Shown here: piece by piece, positions 10,221-20,234 of the stretch
Numbering within the stretch: position 1 is the first letter of the stretch
Layout of the letters: every line of letters starts with the position of its first letter
Virus record (IMG/VR): IMGVR_UViG_3300031707_000001
Location: 1-64,000 of that record
Reading direction: 5' to 3' (one strand)
DNA length: 64,000 nucleotides
Position numbers and translations under genes: made by a program
Notes under the pieces: model-generated
Seen by the model: the letters and a program-made list of their open reading frames with translations, nothing else
Database searches by the model: none
What the model was told of the DNA's origin: nothing

Positions 10221-11251
10221 ACCGAGAACGGCTTTATCGTCTCACACGAGACCGGCTGGGACACGTCCTACCTAATCTACAGGTAAACGGCTGTCTCATG
10301 CTGGCACGTTTACTTTCTGGAGAGCTGAATCGACAATATAGCCATGTGCTGTTTGTTGAGAATGCTCTCCAGGAGGTAGACTATACGCTCGTACAACAAT
10401 GCCAAGGCGCTGGAATGGAATTGGTACAAACCGATTACATTACACCTGACCTGCTGCTGGAACATGGCTGTACAGGAGCCATCCTTTACAACGTAACCAA
10501 CCATCCGGGTCTGGGACAGGCTGTACCGAGTATCTACTATTCATATGGTGTATATGATCCTGATACCAAGTGTGAGCTGGTAGTTCCGTGTTCCAAATTT
10601 GCAGCACGGCACGGACGTCGAGGTCCTTACCCAGAAGTGTTGGATGAAGAATGGATCGTTCCGCCTATGCTGGCTACCCGACCGCTTCGGCGGCTGAAAG
10701 GTGTGTCACATCCATACACTGTTGGAATATATACCAGTGGATCAAATGACAAATATCCCAGTAAACTGGTAATTGAATTGCTGGGCAGTCTACCGGCCGG
10801 CACGGGCATACTGGTAAGCACATTACCCAAATACAGGCATCCGGGCGTACACTTGGCTTTGGAGGGGCGAACTACCAAATACGGTAGTTTAGCTGGCTGC
10901 CCTGTTCGGTTGGATGCAACTGTACCCTATATGATCAATGCAGACTTGGTCATCTATGGATCGGCGCCAGATCATTATGAACCTTATGGTCGTATTGTTG
11001 TAGAAGCCATGGCATTGGGCAAACCTGTGATCTGTGAACGCAAGGGTATTTTCGGGGAAGTCCTGGAGCACGGCGTTAATGCCGTTCTTTATGACACAAC
11101 CGACGACATCCTTAATCTTGTTGAGTGGTTACGTTCAGATACCAATACTGCGACAAAGCTGGGTGTCAATGCACAATTGTGGGCCTCATGGCACGATACG
11201 ACTGTGCATATTGGCAAGCTGAAACGCATTATGAAAATGTTGGGAATATGA
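10217..11251 (+). CDS. GT-B glycosyltransferase (family 4-like)
   Basis: EPYGRIVVEAMALGKPVI signature. Confidence 0.85.
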   Translation: MNRERLYRLTRDRLGHVLPNLQVNGCLMLARLLSGELNRQYSHVLFVENALQEVDYTLVQQCQGAGMELVQTDYITPDLLLEHGCTGAILYNVTNHPGLGQAVPSIYYSYGVYDPDTKCELVVPCSKFAARHGRRGPYPEVLDEEWIVPPMLATRPLRRLKGVSHPYTVGIYTSGSNDKYPSKLVIELLGSLPAGTGILVSTLPKYRHPGVHLALEGRTTKYGSLAGCPVRLDATVPYMINADLVIYGSAPDHYEPYGRIVVEAMALGKPVICERKGIFGEVLEHGVNAVLYDTTDDILNLVEWLRSDTNTATKLGVNAQLWASWHDTTVHIGKLKRIMKMLGI

Positions 11252-11592
11252 GGCCAATTGTATTGACAGTAGAATGGCAACATAAGGACGGTCCGACCGG
11301 CCATCCGGAAGTAGCAGAGATGCGTCCGATGTCCTGGTGGGAACACCTAATGTACACAGCACGAAAACGGTTGAGCAAATCCAATGCGGTGCCCAACAAC
11401 GTCTTCGTTAAGAAAAGCGACTTCAGTGTCGCTGTAGAAATATCCCGGGATCAGTATACCAAGCTGTTACTGGGTGACGTGAAAGCCGTAAAGGCGATGC
11501 AATACATGCAAGGGCAGGATGTAGCAACCCTGGCGTTGATTCCTCCTTCCCATGCGAATACGGTCGACGAGCAAAATGAAGACCAAGTATGA
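11248..11592 (+). CDS. Hypothetical protein
   Basis: ATGA coupling at both ends. Confidence 0.6.
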   Translation: MRPIVLTVEWQHKDGPTGHPEVAEMRPMSWWEHLMYTARKRLSKSNAVPNNVFVKKSDFSVAVEISRDQYTKLLLGDVKAVKAMQYMQGQDVATLALIPPSHANTVDEQNEDQV

Positions 11593-12410
11593 ACGAACGC
11601 AGTATCAAACCTACGTGTGATCGAAAGACCAAATTCTGGAAAAACCAGCAAAACACCTATGGGCTACTTCCGGGGTTGGAAGGCACCTGTCCGTGTGCAA
11701 CTACAGCTCCAGGTGGCTGTTGGCATATCAGTGAAGGGCGTAAGTTACCCGCTTGCTATGTAGCCCATACCTGCAACTGTTACGGTGGCGTCAAGACCGT
11801 ACTTGCGCACAATACCAAGCTGTTGATGGGTGCCTCGTATTGGGGCAAGATCGAACTGCTTGATGCAGAATTCAAACGGTTCAGAGAAGCTGAACAGCGC
11901 CATAACAACGCCACTGATGGTGATGATCCTCAAATGTATTATCGGATCCATTGGTCCGGTGACATCTTCAACGAAGAATACGCCAAAGCTCTCGCCTCTG
12001 CCATGCAGTTAAACAGTGACATTCATTTCTGGGGTTACACCCGTTCTTTCTTTGCAGTTCCACACTTGTGCAATCTTCCCAATTTCACATTATATCTTTC
12101 CCTGGACCCAGTGAATATAGTGCAAGGACTTATGGTCTTTGCCGAGCACAAGAGGTACAACAACAATTTACAGTTTTGCTATATGAGCCCGAACAATGAG
12201 TTCGAAGCTCACCTTGGCAGGGTGAACGAAATGCTAAAAGAAGAAAACAACCTACGCAAAGCGTGGGGGTATCCGTTGAAGACAGTTGTCTTTGATACCG
12301 TATTGAGAGCGTGTCCGGTAGATGCCGGAAAACTGGAATTGGAAAATGGCTGTTCAAAATGCAGAAAATGCTTGTCTAAAACGCCGGATCCAGTTTGGTT
12401 CCAATCTTAA
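11589..12410 (+). CDS. Gp88-like (degenerate radical-SAM-like) protein
   Basis: N-terminal Cys cluster (TCPCAT..C..CY) and YRIHWSGDIF motif. Confidence 0.7.
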   Translation: MNERSIKPTCDRKTKFWKNQQNTYGLLPGLEGTCPCATTAPGGCWHISEGRKLPACYVAHTCNCYGGVKTVLAHNTKLLMGASYWGKIELLDAEFKRFREAEQRHNNATDGDDPQMYYRIHWSGDIFNEEYAKALASAMQLNSDIHFWGYTRSFFAVPHLCNLPNFTLYLSLDPVNIVQGLMVFAEHKRYNNNLQFCYMSPNNEFEAHLGRVNEMLKEENNLRKAWGYPLKTVVFDTVLRACPVDAGKLELENGCSKCRKCLSKTPDPVWFQS

Positions 12411-12720
12411 ACTATCAACCCAATATCTTTGGTTGAGGTGTCTAAGCGAGGTTACCGAACCGCTCGACTCCTGGGATTTTGCGAGGCTGGCCTGTCGTCG
12501 GGGCATTTATTGTCCTGCAGGTGGGTCAGCCTCTCCCAAACGCTTGGGAGAATGGGGCCGGGTTAACGCATTGGAGTTGCTGAACTTAGGTCTTGCAAAA
12601 TGCTGTAGAGGTGCTAGACTATACAATTATGGGCCTATAAGAAAGGCTTATGTCATTACTGACAAAGGAAAGGATTGGCTTCGGGCATACGAAGGAAAAG
12701 TTTCACGAGGAGAACTATGA
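12322..12720 (+). CDS. Hypothetical protein, possible winged helix (start uncertain)
   Basis: Fills the gap; C-terminal YVITDKGKDWL. Confidence 0.4.
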   Translation: MPENWNWKMAVQNAENACLKRRIQFGSNLKLSTQYLWLRCLSEVTEPLDSWDFARLACRRGIYCPAGGSASPKRLGEWGRVNALELLNLGLAKCCRGARLYNYGPIRKAYVITDKGKDWLRAYEGKVSRGEL

Positions 12721-13598
12721 TCCTAGTTCACTTTGATCCGGCAGGCGGTCGTAGGATAACCGATCTGCAAAACATATATTGGCAGCGTACAGCTATGCTG
12801 GTTGGTGGCGCCCCGAGCTTGCGTGAGCAGCCTATTGAAATGCTTAACAAGCGGGGTGTTCTAACCATGGCAATGAACAACGCTGCTGTGCACTTCCAAC
12901 CAACCCTATGGTCAAGTGGAGACCTTCCGGAATGTTACGAACCTCAGATCCTACTTGATCCCAAAATCATTAAGTTTGCTCCGATGGTCCATGCAGAATA
13001 CCAACTACTCGGACGCAAGTACAGGCAAATGCCTAATATCTACTTCTACATGCAGGAAGGTAATGTGCCTTGGGACGAGTTTCTGGCTAATCGGCCGGCA
13101 GTTCCTTGGTACAACAATACCTTGTTCGTCAGTCTGCATATTCTCTACCAACTTGGTATACGACGAATCATTCTGGCAGGTTCGGATTTCGGATTTGCAA
13201 AACCGGACGATTCCAAGTATGATAAACAAAGTGGAGATATGTACGCTCATAAGACCGACCTTGGGTCCTTGGAGCGAAAATGGAACTTAGACTTATACAA
13301 CAGTCAAGTACGAGAACTACGCATGCTCAAACCCGTTTTCGATCGGTATGAATTGGTACTCATGGATTCATCCAAGAACAGCCGTATCAAACAGGTATAT
13401 GAACACATTACCTTGGAAAAGGCAATCAAGCTTTGCTTGGAAGACTTTCCCAAACATTCCGTCGACCCTGCTACCCTACCCCACTGTTCAAAATTTGCTC
13501 CCATACCCATTCAGAAGAGTATTGCCGAATGGCCGGGGCACCAGCTCGTAGGACCAGGACCACAAAGTGAAGAAGCACAAATACAGGCAGTTGTATAG
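12717..13598 (+). CDS. DUF115/MptE-like (MAF-type) sugar-transferase-like protein
   Basis: LVGGAPSL, AMNNAA and RIILAGSDF motifs. Confidence 0.65.
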   Translation: MILVHFDPAGGRRITDLQNIYWQRTAMLVGGAPSLREQPIEMLNKRGVLTMAMNNAAVHFQPTLWSSGDLPECYEPQILLDPKIIKFAPMVHAEYQLLGRKYRQMPNIYFYMQEGNVPWDEFLANRPAVPWYNNTLFVSLHILYQLGIRRIILAGSDFGFAKPDDSKYDKQSGDMYAHKTDLGSLERKWNLDLYNSQVRELRMLKPVFDRYELVLMDSSKNSRIKQVYEHITLEKAIKLCLEDFPKHSVDPATLPHCSKFAPIPIQKSIAEWPGHQLVGPGPQSEEAQIQAVV

Positions 13599-13607
13599 TT
13601 AGGAGTC

Positions 13608-14186
13608 TTGATGATAAGAGCAGAACACATCGTACACCTGAAGCTGGATAGAGACAGGTTATTGGCACATCGAAAAATGCCACCGCCACCCTATTCGACC
13701 AAGGAACTAACCAATCAAATTACGGCAATCGGAGATGCCATCATTGCCAATCTATTGAATGTCACGCCAGAAATATTCCAATTACAGTTGGAAGCGGCCA
13801 GACAATTCAAAGTGTCATACCTGGTAGAAGACTCGAACAGGAACATGTTGGGTATTTCTACAGCGTTGTCACTGATTAAAAATGGGGACATCCTCAGCAA
13901 GAGTCTAATCATGCCCAGGGACGTCCTATGGAAAGATGCTCGTTTGAAGAATCACTTTATTATAGGTGCTTTCATTCGAGGAAGTGTGGTAGATGGTGTG
14001 CTTCCGGACATTTCGGAAGTTGATGTGGCAGGATGGACGGATATTCATGACCTACGGAAATTCAAGCGGGAAGACCTCCCGCCGACCTTCAAGAGCAAAC
14101 TTCCGGTTGTTATGATACCTTGTTCTGTGCTTCATCCTATTTCGACATTAGAAGGACAGTTTGGTAAGGAAGTACAGTTTGTCTAA
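13608..14186 (+). CDS. Hypothetical protein
   Basis: 192 aa, AGGAG RBS. Confidence 0.65.
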   Translation: MMIRAEHIVHLKLDRDRLLAHRKMPPPPYSTKELTNQITAIGDAIIANLLNVTPEIFQLQLEAARQFKVSYLVEDSNRNMLGISTALSLIKNGDILSKSLIMPRDVLWKDARLKNHFIIGAFIRGSVVDGVLPDISEVDVAGWTDIHDLRKFKREDLPPTFKSKLPVVMIPCSVLHPISTLEGQFGKEVQFV

Positions 14187-14255
14187 ATACGTAGGTGGTA
14201 TACGTTATAACTACATAGGCAATTAGCCTTTGGCTAACTGCGAAGGAGTGGGTCA

Positions 14256-15167
14256 ATGAGACTCATAGAATACAGATACCTGGTGCCGGGCAGAGACATA
14301 AATTTTCGTCTCTATGCATTGGGTGACGTTCATATCGGAGCACTTAATTGTGCTGAAGTAGAACTGATAAAGCTAGTCAAACACATCCAAAAAGATCCCT
14401 ATGCAGTTTGGATTGGTGGAGGAGATTACGCCGATGCTGTTATCTTGAATGATGCAGCCAGGTTCGACGTAAATACTTTGCCTAACTGGATGCTGACTGG
14501 AAATCCGCAAACCATCAAGGAGCGGATAGGAGACATTCTCTTTGCCCAACGGCAGAGGTTTGTAGATATCGTGAGTCCTATTCGTGACAAATGTTTAGGT
14601 CTCATAGAGGGTAACCACGAGTTTGCCATCTTCAAGCATCACAATAGAGATCATATGTCCGAACTATGCCGAATGCTTGATGTTCCAAACTTGACAGACT
14701 GTGCATTTCTGCGGCTAAAATTTTCCAGAAATGTAGCCTATTGCAAGAAGCAATCAGTCCGAAAACACGGGTATCCTACATCAACGTGTACAGTATTCAT
14801 TTGTCATGGTCATGGCGGTGGACGAACGGCTGGAGCCGAGCCCACCAAACTGCAACGTTTGGCTATGGACAAAGATGCCGATATAATCCTGACAGGGCAT
14901 TCGCATACTTATCACATCCTTCCGCCTATTGTGCAATTAGCTGTTCCTCATTCAGGCAAATTGCCTGAGGATCCTATTGTGCACGAAAAGCACGTGGCAA
15001 ATTGGGGAAGCTTCCTGTATACATATAAGACAGGAGCTAGTACATATTCTAGCCGGGAGAATTACCCGGTGCGTCCCATGTATACAGTGGAAACAGTGAT
15101 TTCTCCGTGGCATACCAATCGTACCCAGGAATTTGTTCGCATACAAATGAACGGTATAAAACTATGA
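14256..15167 (+). CDS. Calcineurin-like metallophosphoesterase
   Basis: GDVHIG, GDYAD, GNHE, HGHG and GHSH motifs. Confidence 0.85.
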   Translation: MRLIEYRYLVPGRDINFRLYALGDVHIGALNCAEVELIKLVKHIQKDPYAVWIGGGDYADAVILNDAARFDVNTLPNWMLTGNPQTIKERIGDILFAQRQRFVDIVSPIRDKCLGLIEGNHEFAIFKHHNRDHMSELCRMLDVPNLTDCAFLRLKFSRNVAYCKKQSVRKHGYPTSTCTVFICHGHGGGRTAGAEPTKLQRLAMDKDADIILTGHSHTYHILPPIVQLAVPHSGKLPEDPIVHEKHVANWGSFLYTYKTGASTYSSRENYPVRPMYTVETVISPWHTNRTQEFVRIQMNGIKL

Positions 15168-15478
15168 ACAGTGCACCCAAGCCAAAGAAGCAATTCGATA
15201 GGGACAAATCCCCATTTCATTTATTGTTTGTCATGGATAGCAAATTCATGACAAGAGAGTTTCCCCAACTCGAAGAACTAGCCAAATTTGTCAAACAACT
15301 ATCGTTGGGCTGGGCCGACTACGGCATCATCCACGGCGAAACAGTGAAAGAACTTCCCCAAAAAGAATTGGACGAAGATATACCCGATGAAGATCTGGAC
15401 CAGCCCGAATCTGGCATCGAAGCATTGTCGGACGAAGATGCGAAAGAATTGCTGGATACTGATAACAGTATGATATGA
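15164..15478 (+). CDS. Hypothetical acidic protein
   Basis: ATGA coupling. Confidence 0.6.
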   Translation: MNSAPKPKKQFDRDKSPFHLLFVMDSKFMTREFPQLEELAKFVKQLSLGWADYGIIHGETVKELPQKELDEDIPDEDLDQPESGIEALSDEDAKELLDTDNSMI

Positions 15479-15561
15479 TTTTGGACGGGCTGCACCTCTT
15501 TCTTTTCAGCAGAAATGCTGGATTCCTTTCAAGGTGTGGCCCGTCTTCATTTGGAGAACAT

Positions 15562-15858
15562 ATGACAAAGAAACAGAAACATAGAATTGTGGATTGCATT
15601 GTTTGCCAAGCAGCTGAAGCCGATGTGAAGTTGCACTTCCTGGGATCCGATCCTACGGAGTTTGCTGAGGCCATTATTGGCGTAACCTTTTCGATGAACA
15701 AACCCCATGTTGTGTACGATTACGAGAAGACCCTGAAGGTCTTCATGCGGAACAACAAGTGGACACAGGAAGAGGCAATCGAATGGTTCGACTACAATGT
15801 TGAACGTGGACTGCCTTATTACAAGAATCCCCCAATCTTTGTGGAGGTAAGCCCATGA
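15562..15858 (+). CDS. Conserved phage hypothetical protein
   Basis: VVYDYEK..EEAIEWFDYNV motif; GGAG RBS. Confidence 0.7.
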   Translation: MTKKQKHRIVDCIVCQAAEADVKLHFLGSDPTEFAEAIIGVTFSMNKPHVVYDYEKTLKVFMRNNKWTQEEAIEWFDYNVERGLPYYKNPPIFVEVSP

Positions 15859-16175
15859 CGGATAGAGCACTTTGCATTGAAGTTGCAGAACTGTGTGGAT
15901 GGAAAGATATGGAAGATCGAAAAGGTTTCGGGATCTGGTACGGCAGAAAACCGCCAGAGTATAATGGGTATTCTATACTCCCCGATTACTCCAACGATCT
16001 AAATGCCATGCACGAAGCGGAAGAACGTATTCTCCACAAGGATCTGATTGGAACCGGAACGTATCAAAGATACCTGGCTAATTTGGAGTCTGTATGTGCT
16101 CCACGTAATCCCATATTTGCGACTGCCAGACAACGAGCAGAAGCGTTTGTTGCAACTATGCAGGAACTGAAATGA
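15855..16175 (+). CDS. Hypothetical protein (NinX-like motif)
   Basis: PDYSNDLNAMHEAE..TARQRAEAF. Confidence 0.6.
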   Translation: MTDRALCIEVAELCGWKDMEDRKGFGIWYGRKPPEYNGYSILPDYSNDLNAMHEAEERILHKDLIGTGTYQRYLANLESVCAPRNPIFATARQRAEAFVATMQELK

Positions 16176-16645
16176 ACATCACTAGATCAACGTTCTGCTT
16201 GCGTTGTGGACAAACCACATCAATGGCAGCTGCATGTAAACTGAAAAAACGCAGATGCCCAGAATGCGGTACCATTCATTACGGGTTGCCGGATAAAGCC
16301 GGCCGAACAAGAGCATGTACATCGTGTGAACGAATATACGATGAAACGTGGAAGGAAATGCCATGGGAAGACTGGGAGTGCATCCCATCCAAGAAGCCCT
16401 GTCCAACATGCCAAGCCGAATTGAACATGATGGAAACAGTAGTGAAGGCGGGAGGCATATATTGGCGATGCAACAACTGTAGGCGCTCTGGAGTTATAGG
16501 CGCCGATAGTGAGTTGGCAAAAAGTATAAGATTGACTTCGAAAACTCCGGCGCCGGAGCCGATAGGTATAGATTTTAATCCGGAACAGTGTCCAGTGTGC
16601 AGTGGAAAAGTTAAACCGAAAGAAGGCATAGATGAACTTACCTGA
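16172..16645 (+). CDS. Hypothetical multi-Zn-ribbon protein
   Basis: Six CxxC pairs. Confidence 0.65.
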   Translation: MNITRSTFCLRCGQTTSMAAACKLKKRRCPECGTIHYGLPDKAGRTRACTSCERIYDETWKEMPWEDWECIPSKKPCPTCQAELNMMETVVKAGGIYWRCNNCRRSGVIGADSELAKSIRLTSKTPAPEPIGIDFNPEQCPVCSGKVKPKEGIDELT

Positions 16646-17429
16646 TGATTACACGGTAGTAGGTCCGGACGGTCAGTGTATGAACTTTGATTCGTTGGAC
16701 GAAATCATGAAGAACCCAATGATGGCGGATAGCATTCTCCATATGGCAGGTATTGCCGTGGAAAAGAAATGGCAGATCTTTGAACGTACTACTACAGATC
16801 TGGTATTTTCCCTGAGAGCACACGGAAATATCAGCAACGTGGAAGATGTGGTTGTCGTTTTCATCGATGAACTATTCAAGGCTTTAACACCCTTCCATCA
16901 GTTGTATGCCAAGGTGTTTGAGCACAATCCAATAGATTATTCAGCCGTTACCAATATGCGAACTGAAATTGCTCAAATGCAGAACAAGTTTCTGCCGGGA
17001 CTTCCTCTGGAAGGAATGCTATCCGCATTTGTGTCTGTTGTACCCAATACTGTTGGGATCAACATAGTGGACATTGGTATGGCCTATCAGTCTCTTATGT
17101 TTTTCCACGATAAAGTACAGGCAGCCAAAACATTCCCGCCTGAAACTATCGAGGCAAGTCGAGAGCATTTTGTACGTATGAGTCATGAAGGTTGGACAAA
17201 CCTTTTGACCTCAGTGTCACAGACCTGCAAGGCAGAACTTCCAACAGAAGTTGTCCCACGTGCGATCCGGGAAGCCCGGGAGTACCGCCGATTGGTACGG
17301 GAAGGTCTAGATCGGAATAAAGCCTGTGACGAGGCATTCAAGGTAATCCGTCAGGCCGGATCCAAGGAAGCCTTCTATGCCTGGTTTGACAAAGAGTTCA
17401 ATATTGACTCTGAGCAGGCAGCAGAATAG
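16632..17429 (+). CDS. Hypothetical protein
   Basis: 265 aa open frame. Confidence 0.7.
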   Translation: MNLPDDYTVVGPDGQCMNFDSLDEIMKNPMMADSILHMAGIAVEKKWQIFERTTTDLVFSLRAHGNISNVEDVVVVFIDELFKALTPFHQLYAKVFEHNPIDYSAVTNMRTEIAQMQNKFLPGLPLEGMLSAFVSVVPNTVGINIVDIGMAYQSLMFFHDKVQAAKTFPPETIEASREHFVRMSHEGWTNLLTSVSQTCKAELPTEVVPRAIREAREYRRLVREGLDRNKACDEAFKVIRQAGSKEAFYAWFDKEFNIDSEQAAE

Positions 17430-17550
17430 ACTATAGCTGTAACAGAAATGCCAGTTCCCGAACACCACAAAGCACGGCTCTACGGGGCTGTGTATAGGGG
17501 ACCCAGGGGGCTGCGACGTTCTGTGAGTAAATATCAAAGGGTCCCCTAAT

Positions 17551-17628
17551 GGACTTGTAGCTCAATTTGGCTAGAGCATCGGACTGTCGATTCGAAGGTT
17601 GCGAGTTCGAGCCTCGCCAAGTCCGCCA
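17551..17628 (+). tRNA. tRNA-Asp(GUC)
   Basis: Cloverleaf, loop CT-GTC-GA, G73, encoded CCA. Confidence 0.93.
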
Positions 17629-17646
17629 GTTTGTCGAATATTTGTG

Positions 17647-17674
17647 TTGATTCGACAGCATATTTTGATATACT
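17647..17674 (+). promoter_or_regulatory. Sigma70-like promoter of HNH gene (leaderless)
   Basis: TTGATT-N16-TATACT, ATG 6 nt downstream, no SD. Confidence 0.6.
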
Positions 17675-17680
17675 ATAAGA

Positions 17681-18061
17681 ATGAAGTGCATTACTTGCAA
17701 AAAAGACAAACCCGAAGAAGAATTCATTTGGGCCGATAGAAAATTAGAATTACGTGGAGCGAGATGTAGGCTTTGCCAAAATGCATATTCGAAGCAACAC
17801 TATAGGTTGCATAAGCAAGACTATTTGAAACGCAATAGGTTGCGTAGAAACGAAAATAGAACCAAGCTTGCCCAATTGAAAAGTTCTACGCCGTGTGCGG
17901 ATTGTCATCAAAAATATCCTAGTTGTGCAATGGATTTTCATCATCTTCGCAATAAGCGTTTACGTATACAACCATCACAACAATGGGAAACATTGGTCAA
18001 AGAGATAAAGAAATGTGTATTGCTTTGTGCCAATTGTCATAGAATACGTACACACGCCTAA
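17681..18061 (+). CDS. HNH endonuclease
   Basis: CADC..DFHH..KCVLLCANCHRIRT. Confidence 0.85.
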   Translation: MKCITCKKDKPEEEFIWADRKLELRGARCRLCQNAYSKQHYRLHKQDYLKRNRLRRNENRTKLAQLKSSTPCADCHQKYPSCAMDFHHLRNKRLRIQPSQQWETLVKEIKKCVLLCANCHRIRTHA

Positions 18062-18102
18062 GCAAATGTGGTGTTCAACAGCAGCATAATAACCTGCCAC
18101 AA

Positions 18103-18177
18103 GCGAGCGTAGCCTAGCGGTCAGGCACAATCTTGCCATGATTGACCAGATGGGTTCGACCCCCATCGCTCGCTCCA
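18103..18177 (+). tRNA. tRNA-Gly(GCC)
   Basis: Loop TT-GCC-AT, U73, CCA. Confidence 0.93.
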
Positions 18178-18195
18178 ACCCCTTCAAGGAGATCC

Positions 18196-18399
18196 ATGAA
18201 GCTGAACAAAGAACAGAAACAGATTGCCAAGAAGTATGGCAAGTACTTCAACAACACAGGCGGTAACGAGATTGTAGAATTTGCCAATCGTGAGGATATA
18301 AGCTTTTTCAACAACTGTATTGCAGCTGCCATGCAGAGTTGTATATGGTCACAGATAAGTTTGATACAGACGCTCACCAGGGAAGGACTGTTGAAATGA
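18196..18399 (+). CDS. Hypothetical protein
   Basis: AAGGAG RBS. Confidence 0.6.
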   Translation: MKLNKEQKQIAKKYGKYFNNTGGNEIVEFANREDISFFNNCIAAAMQSCIWSQISLIQTLTREGLLK

Positions 18400-18782
18400 A
18401 CGTCGGAGAAGCACTCGTTGAGGCGGTACATGAGATAGGTAAATTACATGACCAAGTAAGGGAGTTGGAGGGACAGCTTAGAGTTGCCAACGCAATAGGT
18501 GATACGTTTTGGGAAGCCTTAAAAGCCTTACACCTTACGCATATAGATGTTAACAATCCTGGCCGGGTCGTTACTGAAGTCATTAACGAACGGGACCAAT
18601 TAAGAAAGCAATACATGGAATTGATAATGGCTGTTGGCAAAAAGTACCACGGTGAGACTCGTCATCAAACAGCTCTTCGATATATCAAAGACTCAGAGGA
18701 TACGTGTTTTGAAGAAGGTCCGAAAAGGGCAAGATATGATGACAGCTCTGATGACAGCTCTTTCGATTGGATGGGACATTAG
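18396..18782 (+). CDS. Hypothetical protein
   Basis: ATGA coupling. Confidence 0.6.
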   Translation: MNVGEALVEAVHEIGKLHDQVRELEGQLRVANAIGDTFWEALKALHLTHIDVNNPGRVVTEVINERDQLRKQYMELIMAVGKKYHGETRHQTALRYIKDSEDTCFEEGPKRARYDDSSDDSSFDWMGH

Positions 18783-18790
18783 GAGAAAAC

Positions 18791-19123
18791 ATGAACAGTG
18801 AATCCTGTTTGGACTGTACACACAAGCACCTCTGTCAAGCCATGATCATCCACGAGGAAGAGGTGCCTTTGGGTTATCCCGATGACATCAAGCGTGTGAT
18901 CGGCCACCTGGCTGAAGCCACCCGACACGCCTTGGGAAAACATCCTGGACTAGCCCTCTTACTGAGGCTGTGGCGCAAGACCGTACGTCAGACTAACTCG
19001 GTACCACCCTATGCTAAGATCATAGATTTTGTGGAAGTCCTGATTGCCTGTGAAAAGCAGAACCTGCCCTTTCCGGACCTGCCTGAAGGCCTGGGAAGCA
19101 CCACTGATCCGACCCCTAAATAG
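18791..19123 (+). CDS. Hypothetical protein
   Basis: AGGAG RBS. Confidence 0.65.
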   Translation: MNSESCLDCTHKHLCQAMIIHEEEVPLGYPDDIKRVIGHLAEATRHALGKHPGLALLLRLWRKTVRQTNSVPPYAKIIDFVEVLIACEKQNLPFPDLPEGLGSTTDPTPK

Positions 19124-19256
19124 GGGGTCGTAATCGGTTATAACTACATGCCACAGAATAAGTCTTTCATTGGGACGGTTAACGTGACCGTCAGAACGAG
19201 AGGCTTTTTCTTTACTAACCGTAATAATGCCCTTCGGGGCAGGAAAGGAGACCCAA

Positions 19257-20234
19257 ATGGAATCAACCCCATTCGGGCCAAATGTTGGAGCGACGATTAC
19301 AGGACTGCAGCTACAGGAGGAGGAACGGCCGAAAATTCCGGAAATAACCCCTCCGGCGCCTGCAGTATTGGAACCCGCTCCGGCAAAGCCGATCGTTGAC
19401 GAACTGCGTTTCTGCGCCATCTACATGATTGGAATAACCCCGGGTATGACCGGCAGAGTTATTCCGCCAGAGCGTTCGAAGAAGGGAGAAGATGTCGGCT
19501 GGGTAAATCCCAGAGGTTGGTTGGTAGTGGGCCCGTCAAATCAGGTGCAGGATGCCTCCTATAAGGAATTCCTGAACAGCCTTCAGGGATACCGGTGGTG
19601 GTTGAATGCCGGCAAGCTGTACCACACGAAAGAACGGAAGATCGTGTGGCAGAATCCATCCATCGTTGAAGATTACATCGAGGAATGCACCTGCAGCAAG
19701 TGTAGCTGGAAGGACACCAAAACCTACCAGGAAACGTGCGTTATGGCCGAAGCGAAGCAATTCTGTTGTCCCAGTTGCGGAAGCAGAGTTCTGACACGGA
19801 GGTCGTTTACGTCCGTATTTCCTGGCAAGCCAAATCAACGGGAGATTTTCAAGACGCCCGAAGACGACGTCCTGCAGCAGATGCACATTCGAATGTGCGA
19901 AGAGGATATTGTTCCGTCTGAGCTGCTGCCGAGAATCTGGGCGTTGTATCCCATCGGAGATACACCCTTTGATTGGGCGCCACAAGACGAGAAAGCGAAA
20001 GCCCTGGATCAGAAGTTCAAGGCTTTTGGCAAAACCATACGACCGTTCAAGACGGCCCGAACGGTAAACTTCTCGAAAGGCGCACATCATCGTATCTATC
20101 GGTGGGCCATGGAAGTACATTCCGAACTACAGTTCGGATGGGTGAAGGTAACCGATTTGTGTACCCAGTCGATTGATGGACCGACCGGTTACACGAGGAG
20201 ATTTGGGTTCGAACCCAAACTGACCGGAGTATGA
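19257..20234 (+). CDS. Hypothetical protein with Zn ribbons
   Basis: AAGGAG RBS; CSKC and CPSC. Confidence 0.7.
   Translation: MESTPFGPNVGATITGLQLQEEERPKIPEITPPAPAVLEPAPAKPIVDELRFCAIYMIGITPGMTGRVIPPERSKKGEDVGWVNPRGWLVVGPSNQVQDASYKEFLNSLQGYRWWLNAGKLYHTKERKIVWQNPSIVEDYIEECTCSKCSWKDTKTYQETCVMAEAKQFCCPSCGSRVLTRRSFTSVFPGKPNQREIFKTPEDDVLQQMHIRMCEEDIVPSELLPRIWALYPIGDTPFDWAPQDEKAKALDQKFKAFGKTIRPFKTARTVNFSKGAHHRIYRWAMEVHSELQFGWVKVTDLCTQSIDGPTGYTRRFGFEPKLTGV

Noticed and set aside
18738-18761. 12-bp tandem duplication GATGACAGCTCT
   Set aside because: Simple in-frame slippage encoding DDSSDDSS.
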